Below are positions 1 to 11,300 of a stretch of 64,000 nt of DNA, piece after piece. The stretch covers positions 28,086,001 to 28,150,000 of the forward strand of contig NC_043010.1 of assembly GCF_006345805.1 (NCBI RefSeq). The letters are read 5' to 3'. The stretch comes from Octopus sinensis (Eukaryota). The position numbers and the translations under genes were made by a program. Every line of letters begins with the position of its first letter. Position 1 is the stretch's first letter. Under the pieces are notes generated by a model that worked only from the letters and a program-made list of their open reading frames with translations, made no database searches and was not told where the DNA came from.

Positions 1-523
1 CATATACATGTGTACATACATACACGCACATGTCTATATACACACACACGAGCGTATATGTACGTATGTATATATGTATGCATCTATATTATGAGTTGTG
101 GAAGAAAGAAAGACAAACGGAGGAATTCAGTTTGACAGTTCTACGCGAAGTAGTCAGAAATATTGATTTAATTCTTTACATATGCAAAACGAGGGAGATT
201 TTATAAAAATGGAAGGGATATGGGTGGAGAGAACAAATACAATAAATATGATTCTGTGACATTCATGCATTTCTCGTTGATATTGGTCACAAAAATGAAG
301 TGAAATGAGACGAGTTTGATACGGCAAGTTTGGATGTTAATTAAAGTGAGAGAAAAAAAACTTTTATTTCCAACTTGGGTTTTTTTCTTCTTGTATTAAA
401 TAAGAAAACAAGAACGACCAAACGTGTGTGTAGGGGTACATGACAAAATTTGTGGGGTGGGGCACAACAAACAAACACACACACACACACACATATATAT
501 ATACATATGTATGTATGTATATA

Positions 524-587
<64 letters not shown>

Positions 588-1724
588 GTATATAATTACG
601 TGTATATAGACTGTAATAAGGTCGAAATCGAGCTGGGTGTGGAACTATGAATTTACCAATAATACACGCAATGTTTGTGTTTTTGTATGAGTCTGTATAA
701 TAGATCTGTGTGCGTGTGCATTGATAGATAATATAATTAGGGCAAACACACATATACACTACATGTGTATGTGTTTATGTATAGTTTTATTTGTGTTTCT
801 GTGAGTGCGCGCGCGTGTATATATATATATATATATATGCACACACTTCCACCTAAACTATATAAGACACATATACAAATGCAAATTATACAACCATATC
901 TAAAATACAAAAACATACGTATACACAAACGCATACTAGAAATACCAAGCGTACACATACACGAATGTATATACACATATGCAGGTATATCTATGTTTGC
1001 GTGTGTAAAACTATGACTGTAAATTATCAAATTGAAGTTTTTTGTACCATGGCTTTTAATATTAGTTCAGTCAAACAACAGCGATGAGTGTTATGGTAGA
1101 ATTAATCAGAACGGAGAGTGGGGAATTGTGTGAATATACACACACACACACAATATACTTACGGGTGGGGGTTACTACTGGCTAAATTAGCAATGTAATA
1201 TGCTGTGTTGTCGTGTACCTACATACTTCCCATATTACGAACCGGCCTTGTTTAATTGTTAACTTTATTAGTGTATATAGACAAACACACACACACACAC
1301 GTCTGTGTGTGTGGGTGTTTATATATGAGTCTGTGTAGAGTTTACTTGTTTGTTATTATTTTTTTCATTTCAAACTGAATAAAGAAACAATTCTGAAAGT
1401 GTAACGGCAAGAGACCCCTAAACAGATTTTTCTGTTTATGCACATTTCTGCAGCACCCACAAATAAATAAATAAATAAATAAATATATATATATTGTAAA
1501 TAGAATTATAAACTTTCACCGTATATATTGATTATAGAAAATACGGGGAAAGCTTTTCTATTTACAAAATGTTCAATCGTCAACATTCATTCGTTATAAA
1601 AGCGTAGAATATGTACACAAAAACATGATTATATGTGAGCGTGTGTGTATAAGTTGGAATACAGGAAAGAAGAATGGTTATGAATTAATATTGAATGTAC
1701 AATTTCGCGCACATTTGGAAATAC

Positions 1725-1870
1725 CTGCAGACATTTCGTTCAATATAAACAAGCAGAATGGAATTGGTAAAGAGTTGGTACTATGAAGAGAGTCGGCGGT
1801 GAGTTTGGTGTGGAGTTAAGCCGACAGCGGCGAAGGTCCATGAACGTCTCAGTCAGTTGTACACACACAC
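1725..1870 (-). CDS. Probable first exon of a minus-strand host gene (5' UTR plus ATG TCT GCA G, then intron); 5' boundary approximate
   Basis: Minus strand reads ...gaaATGTCTGCAG|GTATTT (ATG at 1734-1732, donor GT at 1724-1723). It lies in non-repetitive, CpG-containing sequence next to promoter motifs. Product cannot be identified. Confidence 0.35.
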
Positions 1871-1884
1871 ATGCTGCTTACAAA

Positions 1885-1942
1885 CAGGAAGTAATTCATG
1901 GCTAATTTCATGAATGGGCACAACCACCGGATATGACGTCAT
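1885..1942. promoter_or_regulatory. Putative core promoter with ETS and ETS-CRE motifs
   Basis: CAGGAAGT at 1885-1892, and CCGGAT (1927-1932) abutting the palindromic CRE TGACGTCA (1934-1941), in a locally CpG-rich unique segment. Confidence 0.5.
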
Positions 1943-1977
1943 CGCCATTCCAGTTACCGAAATCGCTTCCCAGGCGC

Positions 1978-2725
1978 AGGAGTTGCTTGTTGGTCTTCGA
2001 CGGCTCAATTTTTTCTACTCGTTGTTCCAGTTCTGTATCGAAGCGAACTGTTTCCTAACGCTGTATTTAAAGTAGCACAATAATTAAAATTTATTAAAGA
2101 TTCATTAGTGATTAAATAAAAAAAACTACTCAGTCATTTTTCACTTCGATTTTCAGATACAGGAATCGGTTGTTTGTCTTGGAAGGTCTTATTGTTTTAC
2201 TGGTAATTCCAGCAATGTATCGACCTCCTTCGTGACTGAGAAGGTTGTATGTAAGCTAATAATAATAATGATGATGATTTAAAGAATAAGTATTAGTCAT
2301 TGATTAGATCGAGAAAAAAACACAACAAAAACCTACACATTCCTCTCGCACTTCGATTTTCAGACTCTAGAATTGGTTGTTTGTCTTTGTGGCTTTGTTT
2401 CTAGTAGTTTCCAGCTCTGTATCGACCTCCTTCGCGACACAAAGACAGGGTTGTACTATTTAAACAAACAAACGAACGAACAAAAATAATTTAAAAACTG
2501 AAGGCTCATCTTTGATTAGATCGGAAAAAAAAAATTACACCATATTCTGTCACTTCGATTTTTCAGATTCTGGAGTTATTTGTTTATCTTTGAGGGCTTT
2601 ATTGTTTTTCTCGTAGTTCTAGCTCTGTATCGACCTCCTTGGCGACAGACGGGGCTGTAGTGAAAAGGAAGAAGAAAATAAAAGAAATACGCGTCATGGA
2701 AATTACATAATCCTGTCACTTCGCA
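1978..2725 (+). repeat. Four diverged ~200-bp-period repeats (plus a partial fifth) downstream of the promoter
   Basis: Recurrent CACTTCGATTTTCAG (about 2142, 2349, 2551; partial at 2717) and (C)TGTATCGA(CCTCCTT) (2033, 2216, 2417, 2625), with alignable sequence in between. Confidence 0.8.
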
Positions 2726-3045
2726 ACGTGTATTATGGTTTAATCAAAACAGAAACGGTAGACCACCAGGTTATTTCTTTATTTATTTGTTTATTCATTT
2801 ATTTATTTACTTAATCATCGATGTGACCCAATCAGTAGTTTATTTAACAACTTGCACATTCACGTCACACAAGGTTTGGTCTTCGTGCTTCATTCTTGGT
2901 TTGTTTATAAATTTACGAATTAACGGTTTATGTACGATTCAACCACGAAGAGTAAAAAGGTAGATTTTCTTTAGACAGAATACAGGGAGGCTTTTGCCTC
3001 TGATACTTGTCTACTAGCCCAATCAACCAAAGTACGAAAAGAAAT

Positions 3046-3462
3046 CGGATCTTTTCGGTTTGAACGGCAGTTTTTAACATAATTTCTAGGTAGCTAAAAA
3101 AAATTTAACTTCGTATACTGGTAGAATGTGTTTGTAAAACATCATTTTCTCATGGCTTTATTGAGAAAATTCTATAGTTTTTAAGATATTTGTAGTTTTT
3201 TTCTTCAATTTCTGTAATTTCAACCAATCAAATACGTCTATTGAGGTGAAAACATTCTGTGCCGTATGAATATGTCCCTCGTTTAAGAAACAGATTGGGT
3301 TTATTTAAATTTCTGAAGAAAAAAAGATACCCTTCCCCCCACCCCTAACCCTAACCCCAAAACAGATTGAAATGCAATAGATCGATACTAGGGTCATAAT
3401 TATGGGTGACAATTTCATATGACACCGCTAGAAAAAACTGCCGTTCAAACCGAAAAGATCCG
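3046..3462. mobile_element. MITE with 30-bp TIRs and apparent 6-bp TSD
   Basis: TIR CGGATCTTTTCGGTTTGAACGGCAGTTTTT at 3046-3075 and inverted at 3433-3462. AGAAAT flanks both sides (3040-3045, 3463-3468). Internal CCCTAACCCTAACCCC. Confidence 0.8.
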
Positions 3463-4384
3463 AGAAATCAAATGGGTCAATCTCAGCACATGACAGGAAG
3501 ATTTTAATTTTCTTACTTAATAACGGTTCCCAGAAGGTATTGTCAAATAGTACCCTTTGTTGCTGAACAATAACCTCTATAGTTTGCTCTGTCTAACTTT
3601 GGGTCTATGCCTATTGCTGTCTTTGCCTTCCATAGGGCCTTCAGCCAAATCTGATTGAAGGCAGTGTTGTCGTCTGTTCACTCACGTCACAGAGATTGTA
3701 TCGTTGCTAGACTTTTCTTTGTTGAGGGAAAGCTACTTGTAGAGTAACCAAAGCAAACTCATGACATTTAACTTTAATATTTATTGCCAGACACAATATA
3801 TTTGGTGTTGATTATTCACAATGAAAAAATATTGATAATTGTCAACTAAACTGTGCCATGTTTGTAGAAGCTACTTATAGGACATTGTGTGAATGTTCAG
3901 AAGCAGTCTGTCTGCTCAAAAGTCTGAAGCTATTGGCTCAAACGTAGGAGGTCATCTGCCTTACATGAAGAAAGGCACGTGAACCAGTTGACCACTCACA
4001 ACCTTCTTCCCGGTGAATTAGACGCTAATTGGTTTATATGAGGCAGCAAGAGGGTAAATTCTAGAACACCCAAGAAAGCCAGCTCATGCCATAGTTTCAT
4101 GTTGATTGGTCGGTTTATAGATCAATCGCGTAAAACCTTGGTAGCTCACTCATGTGGCCTGACTGAATGTCTTGTGATCAGGGTTCGAATTCCTGCTACA
4201 GCAGGTTTAAAGCCAATTGTCTTTTAGGTTTTTCTGTTTGATTATGACAATGGCATCAGGTGTACCAAAGCCTAATTGATTTTCCTCAGGCACTTTTATA
4301 GTTTTATATTTCATTCTATCGAGAAGGATTCTACTGAGCACTTTTGGTAGATTTCCTTTTTGGATAGAAGATTGTGTGTATAAG

Positions 4385-4662
4385 CATTGTGTCGCCTGAC
4401 TGGCTCCCGTGCCAAGGGCACGTAAAAAGCACCATTCAAGCATGGTCGATGCCAGTACTGCCTGACTGGCCCCTGTGCTGGTGGCACATGAAAAGCACCC
4501 ACTACACTCTCAAAATTGTTGGCATTAGGAAGAACATCCAGCAGTAGAAACCTTGCCAGATCAGATTGGAGCCTGGTGCAGCCTTCTGGCTTGCCAGTCC
4601 TCAGTCAAACTGTCCAACCCATGCCAGCATGGAAGGCGGACGTTAAATGATGATGATGATGC
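4385..4662 (+). mobile_element. RTE LINE 3' UTR fragment ending in (GAT)n
   Basis: Same tail as the 3' ends of the RTE copies at 29.9-30.4 kb and 43.9-44.35 kb (GGTGGCAC..AAAAGCACCCACTACACTC...GGACGTTAAAYGATGATG). Confidence 0.8.
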
Positions 4663-5221
4663 ATCGTCCCCAGAAGCCAAAACCTAAAAGTAAGCTTAAT
4701 ATTTAGAAATATTTTCAGAGTGCTCTCATTAACTGCTGATGAAGTCACTAAGATAACTATTCTGGAAAAAACCTAAACAGTATCTCATCTAAACCTTTAG
4801 CATTCAGATTACTTAGTCAAATGTAATGTTTATTTATTTCACATTCACGTCATGCATTATCTCGTCAATGGTGTGAGTTTTTTTACTTTTAGAATGACAT
4901 TGTAGGGTAGGTGTGAAAGACTGGATCTAGCTGGTTTGAACATAAAACAAATACTAAAGGGTTGAGAGGATTCTTTTCTTAATTGGTTGTGTTTAGACTC
5001 TTTCTGTTACTTTTATAATTCAGTCCATTTGATGTCTGTGTGGTTGCTTCCTTCTTCAACATTTCCCATGGCCTTATATTACAACTACTATACTAGTCAT
5101 TGGTTATGCTATTTCCCTGTATTCAGGGCCATTTTAGCATCATTAACATTTCCCTTTGGGTCCTGTAATATTACAGTTCTATATTTAAGAAATGAGGACA
5201 TTAAGGTGACCAGAATGATGA

Positions 5222-5690
5222 TAATATACCCTCCAGCCTTCATCAGGTGTCTTGGGGAAATTTCAAACGTGGGTTCTAAGGTATGATTATTATTAAGGTC
5301 ACTGCCTGGAATTGTACTCGGAATCTTAGGGTTAGTAGACCTTGCTCTTAACCACTATACCATATGCCCGTGGGCAATTATGGAGTGAATTTTAGGGCTT
5401 ATAAATTTAATATTTTCCTATCCTTCCTTAATACCAGTTCCCATATTGTGTAGTGGTTAAGAGCGAGTGCTACTAACCCCAAGATTCCAAGTTCGATTCC
5501 AGGCAGTGACCAGAATGATGATAATAATAATAATAATAATAATAACATCAAAAACTACCTTAGGAATGAGAACTCAGGTTTAAAATTTCCCCCAAGACAC
5601 CTGATGAAGGCTGGAGGATATATCAGCCGAAACGCTATGTTAACAACAAGCAAGAAGAGGACAAATATCCGTCAAATGTAAATAATGTCC
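5222..5690. mobile_element. Head-to-head inverted pair of a tRNA-derived SINE-like element carrying a hammerhead-like tail
   Basis: 5222-5370 is the reverse complement of about 5440-5620. Head has A-box/B-box-like GTAGTGGTTAAG...GTTCGATTCC. Tail has CTGATGA-A-GGCTG/CAGCC-GAAAC (5601-5633). Confidence 0.65.
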
Positions 5691-6234
5691 TGTAATAGTT
5701 TATTGACAACAAACCATGGCATACATAGATCAGAATCAGGCCTCTAAACTCGTGAGCCCCTGTGTATATCAATGCTCTGGGTCCTGTAGTGTTTATTTAT
5801 TGAAAGCACACCGTAGTGTACATAGATTAGAATTGGATCTCTAGACCTATGGGACCCCTGGGCAAGTATCCAAGCCTTAACCCATTTTATCCCAATGTGT
5901 ACAATTGTAAACCTTGCATATTATTTACCACCGAACAGGTTATTGTCAACTGACAGGCTTAACTTGTGTGATACACACATATGTAGGGTTATTCAGTTCA
6001 TTGTTGACACTATGGTCATTTAAATATTTTTTGTTTTGATTGCAAACTTGAAAAAATGAAAATCACAATAACACAAAAATACAAAGCTATTATATAAACA
6101 CAATTTTTTTTTCTGTGTAATAGAGAAAAAGCAATAAATTTGTTCAGATTTACAACACATGCTTTGTTGCCATTTTCCAATTTTTGACCTAATATCATCC
6201 CAATGTCTACATATGTAGGCCCTTTGAGAAAACA

Positions 6235-6770
6235 TCATCATCATCGTTTAATGTCCACTTTCCATGCTTGTATGGGTTGGACGATTTGACTGAGGACTGG
6301 CGAACCAGATGGCTGCACCAGGCTCCAATCTGATCTGGCAGAGTTTCTACAGCTGGATGCTCTTCCTAATGCCAACCACTCTGAGAGTGTAGTGGGTGCT
6401 TTTACGTGCCAGTCAGGTGGTACTGGCAATGGCCACGCTCAAATGGTGTTTTTTACATGCCACCTACACAGGAGTCAGTCAAGCGACACTGGCAACGACC
6501 TTGCTCAAATGTTTTTTCATGTGCCGCCAGGACAAGTGCCAGTAAGTCGATGCTGGTAACCATCATGCTCGAATGGTGCTTATTATGTGCCACTGGCATG
6601 TAAGCTAGCTTGTTGCTCTGGCAATGATCATGCTCATATGGTACCCTTAGCGCTCCACTAGCACAGATGCCAGTCATTGAATTTGATTTCTGTTTCACTT
6701 GCCTCAACAGGTCTTCACAAGCAGAGTTTAGTGCCCAATGAAGGAAAGGTACGCACAAGTGGGCTGGTTA
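6235..6770 (-). mobile_element. RTE LINE 3' UTR fragment
   Basis: CATCATCGTTTAATGTCCACTTTCCATGC... is the reverse complement of the RTE tail seen at other copies. Confidence 0.75.
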
Positions 6771-7229
6771 AGGTGAAATTTCATCCAATAGCTAAGTTTG
6801 ATAAAACCAGACTAGAATTTATAATTTTGTAGGTTTTGATACATTTGTTCTGCCCATGGAATAATAAGGATTAAAGCAGCTCTACTAATATTACCCAGCT
6901 GGCTTATGCAAGTCTCTAGCTTGGGCTATTTCACTTGATATTTTCACTATCTCACTGACCATCCTTAATTGCTTCATCTCTGAAGCTGGTTTCTTTGTTG
7001 GGTATACTTAGGGTAGGTCTTCTTCCTCTCAGATATTTTCCATATTCAGCAAACCTCTTGTAGTAACATTTCTTCCCAACATCAGAGAGTGGGACATGCA
7101 TGAGTCTCTCACAGAGTATAGGGAGGTGTCATACACAAGAAATGAGGAAGCATGGCTACAAAGGTAAAATAGATGGCTACAAAGGTAAAATACAATGGCT
7201 ACAAAGGTAAAATAGATGTTCTTGAAAGA

Positions 7230-7420
7230 AGCAACTGAGGAGATATCAAAGTGATGGATCAGAATGTGACAGAGTTCTAGCACAACTAAGTGGGAAGAAA
7301 ATTAGCTAAGGTGAGATGAAGCTTGGATTTGTATAAAGACGGGATGTGACCAATTGCTTCCCTTCCAAGAGAGGAACACTTCCTAGCAAAGAATAAGCCC
7401 CTATATCTCGCATTTATTCA
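7230..7420 (+). pseudogene. Ancient RTE RT fragment
   Basis: Degenerate nucleotide similarity to the region encoding DQVMKVTERVLAQLIRERVRLDEMQFGFV...DKPLYLAF in the RTE copy at 42.7 kb. Confidence 0.5.
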
Positions 7421-8374
7421 CCAGCAAAAGCCTTTTTGTATAAACATAGTGTCTTCTCACACACGCTACCCCAACAAGCTAAGCAACATCTGTTTTCTTC
7501 CTCGTATTTCCTCTCTTTCAGTTTCTGTCTACCAAATCCTCTCACAAGGCTTTGATTGACCCAAGGCTATTGTAGAAGACACTTGCCGAAGAGGCCATGC
7601 AGTGGGACTGGAGCTGGAACTGTCTAGTTGGGAGACTGTGTTCTTACCACACAGACACTCCTTCACCATCATGTGTGTGTATGTGGTATGTATATATATA
7701 TTCTGTAAATAATAATAATGGTATTTTTTTATAAGCTTAAAGCTTGTAGTGATCACTGTGTGAATGACTAAGGAAAATAGTCTAATAATGGAGCATATAA
7801 GCCCTTGACAGAAAAAAGTAAGCTTTCCCGTACGCATGGGACTTGAACTCTTATCCTTTGGTTAATACGACTAAGTGTGTTTCACACCGAAAGCACACAC
7901 ACACACATATATATATATATATTCATATGGATCGCTGTGCTTGTTATCTTCAGAGTAAATATGTTACATTCCATTAACAATGAAAAAAGGAATTTAAAGA
8001 CAAAATTTCCATCCTACAATCTGGTAATTTTTAGAAATCTTGAAAAACAAAGACTTATGAAAAATAAAAATAAAAAATGCATGACAAAGTAAGAATCAAA
8101 TAGTATATCGCTGGTGCTGAAATTCTACTTTGCAAAAAGAAACCCCCCAAAATTTCTGCTAGAATTCAACACATCTTCAACAAATATAAAAATTGTGGAA
8201 CACTCGTTTAAGAGACATTTGTTTTTAATTTGTCTTTTAGGATGATTTTTAGTTCTTCCAATTTAAGTTACCATTATCATTTTTACAGCATTTTTGGAGG
8301 ATTTTCTTTTGTGCGTGAGATTCTATATCTTAAAAGAAATTTTGGTTTTGTTTTTTCAAGTGTATATATTCATT

Positions 8375-8770
8375 TCTACTCTAGGCACAAGGCCTGAAAT
8401 TTTGGGGGAGGAGACCAGTTGATTAGATCAACCCCAGTACACAACTGGTACTTAATTTATCGACCCCAATTTGAACTCAGGGTGTAAAGACATACAAGAC
8501 ACTGCTAAGTGCTTTGTCCTGCTCATGATTCTGTCAACCTGCCACATTTCCACCTTAAACTTGATGTTAAATAATCCTTTCTACACTAGACATAAGGCCT
8601 GAAATTTTGAGGGAAGGGGCCGGTTGATTAGATCAATCCCAGCACACAACTGGTACTTAATTTATTGACTCCGAAAGGATGAAAGGCAAAGTCGACCTTG
8701 GTGAAATTTGAACTCAGAATGTTCAGATGAAATACCACTAAGTATTTCATCCAGTGTGCTAACTCTTTCT
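8375..8770 (-). mobile_element. Two tandem tRNA-derived SINE copies
   Basis: GGCACAAGGCCTGAAATTTT...GATTAGATCAA.CCCAG...CTGGTACTTAATTTAT...GAATTTGAACTCAG occurs twice. Minus strand has a B-box-like GAGTTCAAAT. Confidence 0.75.
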
Positions 8771-9390
8771 ACTTGAAATAGAAGACCTGGAATTTAGGTG
8801 AAGCAGCATAGTCAAGTACATAAAGAAGTGCCATTCACTGAAAGTGGATGGCACTTGTGGAAGAGGGAAACCCGGAAAAACATGGGATGCAGTGGTGCAG
8901 ACCAACCTCAGGATGTTGGACCTTATGGAGGAAATGACCATGGACCAAGATGTCTGGCAATATGAGGCTCTTGAGAAGACCCATGCATTTCAGTGAAACT
9001 GAGTTCTAGGAGCACTGCGTATTCCACCCACATGTAACAATAAAATTGTTCACACACCCTACCTCAACAAACCTAACTACATCTCCTCTCCTCTTCCTTA
9101 CATTCCTCATTTTCATACACTATGCTTATGCTTATCTCTGCCCCCCCCCCACCAAGCCTGTCCTTGGAGCTCTGTTCACTGTATCATTCCTATCCTATTA
9201 TTTCCAACACCCTCTAGATACCCAGGTTTCACCAGTCACTACATTCCCTACCCCCACTATCTTTGTATTCATGTGAAGTCTCTACTCTTTACTTATGCCC
9301 TTTTGGCAAAACTCTATCAGTTCTGTTCTTCATTCCTTGTGCGTATGTCCTGGCACTCCACCACCATCTCTCTCCTGCTCTCTCTTGCAC

Positions 9391-9424
<34 letters not shown>

Positions 9425-9754
9425 GACTGGGTAACCACGTACCTCTACTACAGCAAAACATGGTATCATAACTACAATTTCCATTTGATATTTATTTTGA
9501 TGTTGATGTTGATGTACTTGACTCAATAGGTCTTCTCAAGCACAGCGGGTCACTCTACAATCCAAGGTTAGCACCGCAGGCCGTCCTGCGAGCCATGAAC
9601 TCACTTCATTTGTCGGGTCTTCGCAGTCACTTTTATTCAAAATCAATATAAAATATTCATGTTCATTTTACATAAATGTATGGCTAAATAGATTTCTATC
9701 ACTAGATTACACACACATATACACCTGTTGTCTCTCCTTCTCTCTCTTTAATTG

Positions 9755-10390
9755 GTTTCAGTTACTGGACAGTGGCCATGCTGTGGCACTGCCTTGAAGC
9801 ATTTAGACAAATAAATCGACCACAGTACTTGCATATTTTAAAACCTGACACTTATTCTGTTGACCTTTTGAACTGAACTGTTAAGTTACAGGGATGCAAA
9901 CAAACCAACACTGGTTGTCAAGTCAAGCAGGGGTGGAGAACAAACACAGACACAAAGGCACACATCCACACACACACACACATGTATATTCTTTCTTTTA
10001 TTCTTTTATTTGTTTCAGTCATTTGACTGTGGCCATGCTGGAGCACCACCTTTAATGGAACAAATCAACCCTAGAACTTATTCTTTGTAAGCCTAGTACT
10101 TATTTTATTGGCCTCTTTAGCAGAACTGCTAAGTTACAGGGACTTAAACACAGCAGCATCGGTTGTCAAGTGATTATGGGGCAACAAACACAGATACGCA
10201 AACATATACACACACATACACATATATATATGACTGGCTTCTTTCAGTTTCCGTCAACCAAATCCACTCATAAGGATTTGGTAGGCCTATGTCTATAGTA
10301 GAAGACACTTGCCTAAGGTGCCATGCAATGGGGCTGAACCTGGAACTATGTGATTGGTAAGCAAGCTACTTACCACACAGCCACTCCTGC
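9755..10390 (-). mobile_element. tRNA-derived SINE copies with CR1-like 3' tail
   Basis: Minus-strand head GGCTGTGTGGTAAG...GGTTCAGCCCC...GGCAAGTGTCTTCTACTATAG; tail GGTGCTCCAGCATGGCCACAGTCAAATGACTGAAAC. Confidence 0.75.
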
Positions 10391-11300
10391 GCCTATATAT
10401 ATGATCATCATCGTTTAACTTCTGTTTTCCATGCTAGCATGGGTTGGATGGTTCGACTGGGGTCTGGGAAGCCAGGCGACTGAACCAAGCTTCAGTCTGA
10501 TCTAGCAGTGTTTCTACAGCTGAATGACCTTCTAACGCCAACCACTCCGTGAGTGTAGTGGGTGCTTTTTATGTGCCAACATCAGAGTCATAATCAGTTT
10601 GTAAGGATTGGTTCTTCATTGATTGCCATTATGTAAAGATGAAAGAACAGTGATTGAAATTGTGAAGAAAAAATATTTATTTACCGTTACATTGTAAAAA
10701 AATCCAAAACCATGACGGGTTGGTATGTATAATTAGTAAATGGAAAAGCATGCAAAGTAAAGATAGATGTTGTAGATTTTCCTTGTATAGTTTGTGTTTG
10801 TGTTCTCGTCATCGTGTAGTAGTAATTACAGGTAGAAATAGAGTGATGTTGTAAGAGACAATGAAGTGAGAGTGAAAGAGTGTGGGATGAATCAACTGCT
10901 TCGTTGGTGAGTTACCATAGTTTTCCCTTTTGCGACAGCATTTTGTTCATCCGGTCAGCCAGACTCCGTTCTCACTAACTTGGATTCTCACTAACTGACT
11001 TTTGCTTAGGGGTTCTTGTTTTTATAACTATCCAGAAGGATAGACATATCGTTGAGAACAAAAGATTACACTGATGTGCTTGTTATCTTAATTCTAGCTT
11101 TTGGTGACTTATAAAAGGTTAGAAGGGTCAAGTGGCAAGGACATTATATTTCTAAGGCATCTAGAATATGCAAGTTGCTGTCACAGAAAAACTATTGTCT
11201 TACTGTGAGAAAAGTGCTGTTTAAGTGTTTATTTAAATTTGGTTATCTAGGATCAAATCTACTTCCTGTCTGCAAGATTCACTACATATATATATATATA

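Noticed and set aside
364-1030. YI/HT/CV-repeat ORFs here and at 13.1-14.6, 29.0, 36.4, 53.5, 59.8 and 62.0-62.8 kb
   Set aside because: Translations of (TA)n, (CA)n, (CATA)n and (ATT)n microsatellites, not genes.
3345-3360. Telomere or interstitial telomeric site
   Set aside because: Only about two CCCTAA units, located inside a MITE.
5440-5510. tRNA gene calls for A-box/B-box heads (also at 13.1, 44.6, 51.1 and 63.0 kb)
   Set aside because: No complete cloverleaf or acceptor stem, and each continues into a SINE body.
10832-10906. 75-nt exon candidate (TTACAG| ... |GTGAGT)
   Set aside because: Stops in all three frames and a weak polypyrimidine tract; could be a UTR exon but is not supportable.
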